Part shown: positions 8,632 through 15,706 of the stretch, in pieces | How positions within the stretch are numbered: position 1 is the first letter of the stretch | Layout of the letters: each line of letters opens with the position of its first letter | From: Clostridia bacterium | Lineage (GTDB): Bacteria > Bacillota > Clostridia > Oscillospirales > CAG-272 | Assembly (NCBI GenBank): GCA_017623255.1 | Contig: JAGAPL010000076.1 | Location: forward strand, 3,252-67,251 | Direction of reading: 5' to 3' | Length of the DNA stretch: 64,000 nt | The notes under the pieces: generated by a model | Told to the model about the DNA's origin: nothing | The model's input: only the letters and a program-made list of their open reading frames with translations | Database searches by the model: none | Translations under genes and position numbers: made by a program

Positions 8632-9188
8632 TATACCTTGAACTGTTTCTCACTTTTCTGAAAATAGGGGCTTTTACATTCGGTGGAGGATATGCGATGC
8701 TGCCGCTGATTCAGGCAGAGGTTATCGCTCACGGATGGATGCAACAGGAGGCAATCATTGATTTTATTGCTGTAAGTGAAAGCACGCCGGGACCGTTTGC
8801 CGTAAATATGGCAACATATATAGGTTCAGAAACAGGTGGCATATTTGGCTCAGTTTGCGCAACAATTGGAGTGGTACTGCCATCGTTTGTTATAATACTT
8901 ATCGTAGCAAAATGTTTTGAAAAATTCAAGCAGAACAAGGTGGTTAAAGGCTGTATGTCAGGGCTTAAGCCTGCGGTTGTAGGGCTTATCGGATCTGCCG
9001 TTATAACAGTGGCGGCAACGGTCTTTGTTCCCTCAGGCTTTTCTTTTAATATTTTTACAAACATAAGCTTTTATGTTTCTCTTGTCATATTTGCTTTGTC
9101 ATTGGTGGCTGCTTTTAAAAAGGTTCACCCCATCATTATCATAAGCCTTTCGGCTGTTGCGGGAATTTTATGCGGATATCTGGTATAA
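8628..9188 (+). CDS. chromate transporter family protein (short-chain CHR, second of a pair)
   Basis: It carries [21 protein letters not shown]...ESTPGPFAVN. The start overlaps the previous stop (ATGA at 8628-8631). Confidence 0.8.
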   Translation: MIYLELFLTFLKIGAFTFGGGYAMLPLIQAEVIAHGWMQQEAIIDFIAVSESTPGPFAVNMATYIGSETGGIFGSVCATIGVVLPSFVIILIVAKCFEKFKQNKVVKGCMSGLKPAVVGLIGSAVITVAATVFVPSGFSFNIFTNISFYVSLVIFALSLVAAFKKVHPIIIISLSAVAGILCGYLV

Positions 9189-9196
9189 GAATAAAT

Positions 9197-9229
9197 AAGC
9201 CTTCCTTTTGGAAGGCTTATTTGTTTTAT
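9197..9229. terminator. bidirectional terminator between chrA and the Cys-rich gene
   Basis: A 9-bp stem pairs aagccttcc (9197-9205) with ggaaggctt (9210-9218) around a tttt loop. A T-rich tail follows. Confidence 0.75.
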
Positions 9230-10080
9230 CCGCAGCCGCAACCGCAGGAGCCGGAGCTATTTATAGTGGTGTTGTGCTTTGTCATAGTGCTTATAGCGGG
9301 AGGGCAAAATTCAGAAATGGGGAATTTCATGCTATGGAACAGCTTGCAGGGGTCGTTATCCTTTGCTTCCACACATTCCTTTTCGGGCACACAGTATTCA
9401 ACTGCGTTTATGAGATACTGAGCAGGGCGTTCAATTCTGACAACTGAGAAAAGGCCCAGTGTAACAACCAATTTGTCCCCCTCACCGTCGCAAATATCGT
9501 CGCTGAGGCATTCGCACACGTTTTTTGGAATATCATCGCAGCAGCTGCAGCAGCATTTGCATCTGTGAGGCTCAACAACACAGGAGTCAAGAATTATGGG
9601 TTCAACTGTTTCAAGCACGGCGATGGGGAGGTTGGTGGATTTTGAGCATCCGTTTGTTCCGTGGTGTGAAGGGCAGAAGCCTGAGCAGCCCGTTGTGCTC
9701 TTGAAAACACTCACGTTTCCTTCGCTGCCGAAAAGAATAACCTTTTTTTCAACAACGCTGATTCCTTCAAATTCTCTTATGTTTCCGGGAGAAACGCAGG
9801 CTTCTCCGATGATGCGGATATAAAGCTTTATTGTAAGCTGATAGAATCCGCGGTTAAAGGGTACGGGATCAATATCAATATAGGCCCAAATTATTCTGGC
9901 TGCTTTGGCGCGGATAGCAGCGCCGCGCTGCAATAATTCCTCGCCGCAGTTTGTCAGGAAAACGCGAACATTTTCAAAACAGTCTTTATCGCGGCAGGAG
10001 TCGAGCACGCGGTATGTATCCAAGCACACCATTTCACGCGAAGACGGGCACTGTCTGTTTTCAGACATGGAGTATACCAT
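9226..10080 (-). CDS. orphan cysteine-rich protein (26 Cys in 284 aa); possible spore-coat/exosporium-type protein
   Basis: This long ORF has clean flanks. It contains CLDTYRVLDSCRDKDC near the N-terminus, HRCKCCCSCCDD and CECLSDDIC in the middle, and a C-terminal GSCGCGCG tail. The start is ambiguous (ATG 10080 or 10068), and I recall no family match. Confidence 0.55.
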   Translation of the reverse strand: MVYSMSENRQCPSSREMVCLDTYRVLDSCRDKDCFENVRVFLTNCGEELLQRGAAIRAKAARIIWAYIDIDPVPFNRGFYQLTIKLYIRIIGEACVSPGNIREFEGISVVEKKVILFGSEGNVSVFKSTTGCSGFCPSHHGTNGCSKSTNLPIAVLETVEPIILDSCVVEPHRCKCCCSCCDDIPKNVCECLSDDICDGEGDKLVVTLGLFSVVRIERPAQYLINAVEYCVPEKECVEAKDNDPCKLFHSMKFPISEFCPPAISTMTKHNTTINSSGSCGCGCG

Positions 10081-10165
10081 TCCTTTCTGAGCATTTTTAA
10101 CTGCTTTTAGACAGCCTATTGCTGCCTACGGTATTATTGTATGCAAGGAAAAGCGGTTTTGATAT

Positions 10166-10537
10166 TTATTCTTCGTAAAAAATGTAATCAGGGAAGCTTT
10201 CTGCAAGCATTCTAAACCCACCCGTTATGGCAGAAAAACATTTGTCTGCCTCAGAACCACCTTCGCAAATGAAACGGATATTGGCATAACCCGAATGTAT
10301 GTCACTTATAAGATTTGAAACAAGTCCGTTTTTTTCGGCTTCTGTAAGATAGTAATGCAAAGTCAGGATAAGAATTGAAATGGCAGAGCAGAGAATATCA
10401 TTTCCTCTCTTTGCAAATCCCGTGTGCCCTGAACATTCAAGAATATGTTCATCGTAATAGGTATTATGCGTTATATATGTCAATGGAATTTCCTTTCGTT
10501 TTTCGAAGTTGGTGTAAAACCTCTTCCTTGCCTTCAA
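10166..10537 (-). CDS. phage-type Prp-like cysteine protease (DUF464 family)
   Basis: ECSGHTGFAKRGNDILCSAISIL matches the His/Cys catalytic signature GHAG...G.DIVCAAVS of Prp. It sits directly after a portal gene, as in Firmicute phage head modules. The 5' end overlaps the portal gene by 74 nt, so the true start may be a downstream non-ATG codon. Confidence 0.6.
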   Translation of the reverse strand: MKARKRFYTNFEKRKEIPLTYITHNTYYDEHILECSGHTGFAKRGNDILCSAISILILTLHYYLTEAEKNGLVSNLISDIHSGYANIRFICEGGSEADKCFSAITGGFRMLAESFPDYIFYEE

Positions 10538-12023
10538 AATCCATCATTGAAAGACAAATTTTTGCAGCTTCTGAATTTTCTTCCCTGAACATACCAAGCT
10601 CATATAGCTTGCAGGCAAGCTCATTTTCAACAGCTTTTGAAAAAGCAGTTTTTTTATGTGCGTATACCTTAATATCATAAACCGGAGATTTCAGAACATT
10701 GTTTTGTATTGAAATAAAATCAATACCGTCATTTCCTGTTATACGATAGCAGTGGGGCAGAGTATAAAACTGACGTATCAGTTCAATTATCAGTTTACAT
10801 ATTTCCTCAAAAGAGCGATAAGAGGCAGAAATCATATCTCTTGTCGTTTTACTTCCTGCCTCCTGAAGCGCGGCGATAGCACTGGCTGCTGTAACTCCAC
10901 CCGTAACAGTACCCTGTGAGAAATCTCTGTTTCCGGATGTTTCCTTAAGCTCGTCTATCTTGTGCTGAAGGATGGAAACATAAACTGCAGGCAGAGTGGG
11001 AACATCAATTGGCATAATGGCAGAGTTGGGATCCCCTGAGCCGGAATAGTGAACAAATGGCTTGTCCCAGTCGGCAAACTCTTTTTCATTGAGCGGTCCG
11101 TCAGCACGAACAAAAAATCTTCGCCCCGATGCCATTTTTGCGTTCTTTACAATAGACGATCCCAGTGCGTCTATCTCACTTTGTGTACCCTTCATGGCAT
11201 CAATTATTCCAAATCCGCAGGGACTTGCTTTTACAGGATACAGAGAGTCAAATACAAAAGGATATTTGCCGTGATCGTAAAATCCGCGCTCCTTGTATAA
11301 AGGATCATTTTCCGAGGCATAAAGCAGTATACCGTTAACAAATTTGCAGTAATGAACTATTGTTTTTGTACCGATCCTCTTTTTGTAGTACCAGTCAATG
11401 ACAGCGGATTTATCGCTTGTGTCAATAGCGTCATCATATATGTATCTGGCTGTGTCTATAGAAGGCGAGGAAAGACTGTCTGTTGTTGCAGGATAACGAG
11501 AGGATAGCGTCTCATTGTCCCATAGAGCTACGTGGAAAACATTTTTTGAATTCTGAATGTTCGTGATGCCCGGCTCCCAAAATAGATTGAGGATGTCAAT
11601 ATTGTGAATATCAATGCTTCCGAGACCGAAATCAAGTGAGGGATTCCAAAAAACGCCGTAACACCCCGTTCCGTTTTTTAGCTTGTCAAACCAGCACTGA
11701 GAATAAACGCTTTCAAAGTTTGTTTCTTCAAGAATACAAGGAATCACCTGATCAAGCAACTTGGCTGTGTCTGTGTCTTTCTTCTCTCTGGGAAGGCAGG
11801 CGCAGGTAGGTATATTATCCATAGCATCAGCGTGCTTGTTTATCACAGAATTAAAAAGCCAGGCGGAAGGTGTTGTGTCTTTTTTCGTTTGGTGTCGAAT
11901 TCTCCACCATTCTTCATTTTCAATAAGTCTTGCTTCAAGATTAGCTTTTGCAGCCTTATATTGCTGCAGTATTTCAGTTGCGCGAAGTATCGAGGCATCG
12001 CTGATAATATTTTTTTCTTTCAT
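10464..12023 (-). CDS. phage portal protein
   Basis: The 519-aa ORF lies immediately downstream of the terminase large subunit. Its size, acidic C-terminus and overall character are typical of SPP1-type portals. Confidence 0.75.
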   Translation of the reverse strand: MKEKNIISDASILRATEILQQYKAAKANLEARLIENEEWWRIRHQTKKDTTPSAWLFNSVINKHADAMDNIPTCACLPREKKDTDTAKLLDQVIPCILEETNFESVYSQCWFDKLKNGTGCYGVFWNPSLDFGLGSIDIHNIDILNLFWEPGITNIQNSKNVFHVALWDNETLSSRYPATTDSLSSPSIDTARYIYDDAIDTSDKSAVIDWYYKKRIGTKTIVHYCKFVNGILLYASENDPLYKERGFYDHGKYPFVFDSLYPVKASPCGFGIIDAMKGTQSEIDALGSSIVKNAKMASGRRFFVRADGPLNEKEFADWDKPFVHYSGSGDPNSAIMPIDVPTLPAVYVSILQHKIDELKETSGNRDFSQGTVTGGVTAASAIAALQEAGSKTTRDMISASYRSFEEICKLIIELIRQFYTLPHCYRITGNDGIDFISIQNNVLKSPVYDIKVYAHKKTAFSKAVENELACKLYELGMFREENSEAAKICLSMMDFEGKEEVLHQLRKTKGNSIDIYNA

Positions 12024-12034
12024 TGATTACTCCT

Positions 12035-13402
12035 TTAATATGAAAATTGTGAATATCGTTTGTTTGTCGTGCTCAGCGGGTCAATATCTGGTAAGGATAT
12101 TTGTTCACTGATATTAGGTTTTATCGGTCTTGACATACAGAAGTATCGGAAGGAATCAGCAAAATGATCTTCTTGGCTTGTGTCAAGATCCTCAGGGGAA
12201 TGTTCGCTGTAATTAAGCAGTGGTAAAGTGCGGATTGCGTGGCGGCAGGTGTTAAAAAAATAAACCATCGGTTTTCCGTCGTTATCAAAGCTGAGTCTGT
12301 AATGGCATTGCATCCAGCCCGGTATACGCTTGTTGTCGCCGGGTTGAAAATATACGAAATTCCTGTCAGCAGATTCGATAATAGCCTCTCCTCTTGAAGC
12401 ATCCCAAATAGAAGGATCGGCAACTCCGAAAATTTGCTTTCCGGCAAGCCATCTGTGTTCATTTTCCAATCTCTTTATTTCGGAAAAAATCTTGTCAGGC
12501 GGCCATTTTATACCTTCGTTAGCCTCTGTGCAGCCATATAGCTGCAAGATGAGATAGGCTCTGCCATCGTAGTCAATTGCCCACCAATCGCAAGAAAAAG
12601 GCTTGGAATAGCCGAAGTCAAAGCTTCTGTAAATTCTCCAGTCACGAGGTATTTCAAAAGGCTCAATAACGTGTGTCCAAATCCGATCTTTGTAATGATT
12701 GGGATCATTTCGAAATTCTTCAAAAAACTGTCCCTCAAAAATATTCCAATCTCCTTCAAGCCATGCTTTTCGAAGCTTACCCGGCAGGGCTTCAAGCTTT
12801 TTAACGTACTCAGGATCTTTTTCAAGAAGCGCATTGTTATCACCCACAAGGCTCTTGATAAAAACGTAGTCATTGTTGCTTTGAGGGGTGTCAATAAAAA
12901 GTTCTTTGACCCAGTTGTGCCCAACACCGCCCGGATTACAGGTCAAATAAACTCTTTTTGGAAAATTGTTTACTCCACGCACGCATGCGCGTATACGATC
13001 GAACATTTCGCGTGTAAATTGAGTTGCTTCATCAATAAAAACAACGTCAGCTTCAGTTCCTTGAAATTTGTCTAAATCTCGTACGTTTCTGCAAGAGGCA
13101 AATTTCACACTTGATCCGTTAAGATAGACAAGTTCCTTTTTTGATTCTGAATAGGTTGCAACAGAAGCGCAAATCCTGCACATTTCATTTATATGGTTTG
13201 CGCGCAATTCGGGATAAGTTTTTCTGATTATAAGAATCTTTATTCCGGGATATTTAAGCGCTAAAAGCAAAGCTTTTGTGCGCACCGCCCAGCTTTTTCC
13301 TCCTCCTCTTGCACCGCCGAATGCTGTGTAAGTTGCGTCGGATAATAAAAAAAGTTTTTGCTTGTCTGACGGCGGCGAAAGCTTCAGCTCTATGTTGCCC
13401 AT
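12035..13402 (-). CDS. phage terminase large subunit
   Basis: The Walker A motif FGGARGGGKSW is followed by the KILIIRKTYPEL and VVFIDEATQF ATPase motifs. The C-terminal half is nuclease-like. Confidence 0.85.
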   Translation of the reverse strand: MGNIELKLSPPSDKQKLFLLSDATYTAFGGARGGGKSWAVRTKALLLALKYPGIKILIIRKTYPELRANHINEMCRICASVATYSESKKELVYLNGSSVKFASCRNVRDLDKFQGTEADVVFIDEATQFTREMFDRIRACVRGVNNFPKRVYLTCNPGGVGHNWVKELFIDTPQSNNDYVFIKSLVGDNNALLEKDPEYVKKLEALPGKLRKAWLEGDWNIFEGQFFEEFRNDPNHYKDRIWTHVIEPFEIPRDWRIYRSFDFGYSKPFSCDWWAIDYDGRAYLILQLYGCTEANEGIKWPPDKIFSEIKRLENEHRWLAGKQIFGVADPSIWDASRGEAIIESADRNFVYFQPGDNKRIPGWMQCHYRLSFDNDGKPMVYFFNTCRHAIRTLPLLNYSEHSPEDLDTSQEDHFADSFRYFCMSRPIKPNISEQISLPDIDPLSTTNKRYSQFSY

Positions 13403-13686
13403 TTTTCTTCCTCCTCTCCAAAACTGATGCTGATTTTTGTTTCATTGGAGTTTTGAGGCTTTTCGTCCTTTTCCAAAGCTTTGATAACTGCGGCAAGTTC
13501 TTTGGCGGCCACTGTCAACTCTTTGAGCTGCTTGATATCGCATTCATCGTAGCGTTTCATAGTTGTTGCCTCGCTTGATATTATATCTGCAATAACGGAT
13601 ATGGCAGATTGCAGTTTTTCATCAGTTGTTTTCTTTTTTGCTGCTATATAGCATTCATCTCCTTTCTGACAGAAAATATGATACAT
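13390..13686 (-). CDS. hypothetical phage protein, possibly the C-terminal fragment of a small terminase subunit
   Basis: It overlaps the terL start by 13 nt, as terS genes often do. No usable RBS precedes ATG 13686, and the frame is open without a start codon back to a stop at 13735-13737. Confidence 0.3.
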   Translation of the reverse strand: MYHIFCQKGDECYIAAKKKTTDEKLQSAISVIADIISSEATTMKRYDECDIKQLKELTVAAKELAAVIKALEKDEKPQNSNETKISISFGEEEEKWAT

Positions 13687-13796
13687 AAATTTGATATTGA
13701 TTTCTCCCCATCCGGAGCGCTGAATATAACACAGTCAAAATAAAATGAATATAATGTAGAAGGGAAAAAGAGTAAAAAACGAAAGGAGAGGACTAT

Positions 13797-14024
13797 ATGT
13801 GTATAGCAACTGTAAGGAATATGACAGGTGCAATGAAGATAAGAGATGCACTTGTCAGGAGCGGAATAAAAGCAGAAATAGTGTCTGTTGATGCATCACT
13901 GACCCGACGCGGATGTGCTTATGGGGTAAGTTTTCCTTGCGAAAAAGAAGCTCAGGTGAAACGTATCCTGGCATCAAAAAGAATGGAATACGGAGTGCTT
14001 ATTGGCGGAAGGAACGGCTATTGA
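13797..14024 (+). CDS. DUF3343 (putative S/Se carrier-like) protein
   Basis: The 75-aa protein has the pattern ATVRNMTGAMKIRDALVRSGIKAEIVSVDASLTRRGCAYGV typical of DUF3343. It sits next to a class V aminotransferase-fold desulfurase, which is the usual context. Confidence 0.65.
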   Translation: MCIATVRNMTGAMKIRDALVRSGIKAEIVSVDASLTRRGCAYGVSFPCEKEAQVKRILASKRMEYGVLIGGRNGY

Positions 14025-14025
14025 G

Positions 14026-15146
14026 ATGAGGGAGCTTATATACCTTGATAATGCTGCTACAACTATGAAAAAGCCGCAGTCTGTAAAGACAGCCGTAATA
14101 AAATGGTGTCGGTGCGGAAATGCCGGCAGAGGCAGCCACAGAGCTGCTCTGGCGGCTGCTGAAAAGATCTATGAATGTCGTGAGCTTGCAGCAAGACTAT
14201 TCGGTGCAAAAGCAGAAAATGTAGTGTTCACAAATAATGCAACAACGGCTTTGAATATGGCAATCAAAGGTTTTATACCCGATAACAGCCATATAATAAC
14301 AAGTGATTTTGAGCATAACAGCGTGCGTCGTCCTGTTTTGAAGCTTTGCAGGGACAACGGTTGCCGAAGAGATGTGTTTGTCAGCGAAAGGCAGGATATG
14401 ATACTTCGTAATGTTGAAAAGATGATAAACAATGAAACATCCGCCTTGGTTTGCTTACACCGATCGAATATAACGGGCAGGACTATGCCCATAAAAAAGA
14501 TTGGTGAATTGTGCAGAAGAAAAGGAATAGCCTTTATAGTAGATGCTTCGCAAAGTGCGGGAAATGCGGATATTGATATAGAAAGGGATCATATTGATAT
14601 TCTCTGCTTAGCAGGTCATAAAGGACTGTACGGCCCTCAGGGAACGGGGCTTCTTATTATGCGTGATGGAGTAAATATAAAACCTTTACTTGAAGGTGGA
14701 AGCGGAACAGATTCAAAGAAGAAGATATGCCTGATTACTATCCTGACAGGCTTGAAGCCGGCACTTTATCTGCTATGGCGATAGCAGGCCTGGGCGAAGG
14801 AATAAGATTCGTGTTGAGAACCGGCCCGAAGAATATTCACAAAAGAGAAAGAGAGCTGTTCGTGAGGTGCAGAAATGCACTGGATAATAAGAAAATAAGG
14901 ATATACGACGATAATTGTGAAGGGGCAAATCTCCTTTTTAATATAAGAGGAAAAACTGCCGCAGAGGTTTCGGCTGCTCTTGATAGAAAGGGAATATGCA
15001 CTCGTCCGGGGCTTCATTGTGCACCTGACGCACATTATTCTTTGGGAACTCAGCAAGATGGTGCGGTGAGGGCAAGCTTCAGTTGTTTCACAACTGAAAA
15101 GGAAATAGACATTTTTGCAAGAGAAGTAATAAATCTTACAAAATAA
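14026..15146 (+). pseudogene. cysteine desulfurase family protein (class V PLP enzyme) interrupted by a -1 nt frameshift
   Basis: The N-terminal part (LIYLDNAATT...LAGHKGLYGPQGTGLL...LLEGGSGTDS) runs in one frame to a stop at 14782-14784. The continuation (EEDMPDYYPDRLEAGTL...HCAP) lies in the other frame from about 14718. The two frames join if the run aaa at 14715-14717 is read as aaaa. Confidence 0.7.
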
Positions 15147-15150
15147 ACAA

Positions 15151-15176
15151 AAGCCTTTCTCACGTGAGAAAGGCTT
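15151..15176 (+). terminator. hairpin after the desulfurase gene
   Basis: The near-perfect palindrome aagcctttctcac/gtgagaaaggctt is present. The T-tail is weak. Confidence 0.45.
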
Positions 15177-15182
15177 CATCTG

Positions 15183-15211
15183 TTGACAAAAAATGCGGGT
15201 TGTGATATACT
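15183..15211 (+). promoter_or_regulatory. sigma-A promoter of the MarR/reductase/AcnX operon
   Basis: TTGACA (15183-15188), a 17-nt spacer, then TATACT (15206-15211). Confidence 0.55.
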
Positions 15212-15244
15212 CAAGTGTTGTAACAACAACAAGTGAGGAGAGTT

Positions 15245-15682
15245 ATGGAAGAAAGATTTAAAACGTTTACCTTGCTTATGAACGGCATAAACAGAAGCAT
15301 TCACAAATTGAAAACAGCAGCAATGGCCGAGTATCAATTGAAGAGCTCCCATGTTTCCTGTTTGTACTATCTGTATAAGAAAGAAATGACCGCAAAAGAG
15401 CTTTGCGATATTTGTGATGAAGATAAAGCAAATATTTCACGCGCAGTCAAATATCTTGAAGGAAACGGATTTCTTGAATGTAAATCAAAAGCTCAGAAAA
15501 AGTATCAAACTCCCATTTGTTTAACGGAAAAGGGAAGAGATGTTGCAGGCAGGTTAGTTGCCAAAATAGATAGCGTGCTCAGCGCAGCAGGAAACGGCGT
15601 TAGTGAAGAAAACAGAATAATAATGTATCAAAGCCTTGCGGTGATAGCGAAAAATCTCGAAGAACTTTGTGAAAAAAATTAA
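15245..15682 (+). CDS. MarR-family transcriptional regulator
   Basis: The ATG at 15245 follows GAGGAGAG. The wHTH segment reads MTAKELCDICDEDKANISRAVKYLEGNGFLE. Confidence 0.8.
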   Translation: MEERFKTFTLLMNGINRSIHKLKTAAMAEYQLKSSHVSCLYYLYKKEMTAKELCDICDEDKANISRAVKYLEGNGFLECKSKAQKKYQTPICLTEKGRDVAGRLVAKIDSVLSAAGNGVSEENRIIMYQSLAVIAKNLEELCEKN

Positions 15683-15706
15683 TTTTATATAAAGGAAACA
15701 GACGTT

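Larger units (their letters stand above)
10166..13734 (-). mobile_element. prophage remnant: DNA-packaging/head-initiation module only
   Basis: The gene order is terS-fragment?, terL, portal, Prp-like protease. No capsid, tail, lysis, integrase or repressor genes lie on either side; the flanks are chrA plus the Cys-rich gene and DUF3343 plus a desulfurase. Confidence 0.6.

Noticed and set aside
10464-10537. The 74-nt overlap between the portal gene end and the Prp-like ORF as a programmed frameshift or fusion.
   Set aside because: I saw no slippery heptamer. A downstream non-ATG start for the Prp-like gene explains the overlap more simply, since Prp homologues normally begin about 15-20 aa before the GH(A/T)G motif.
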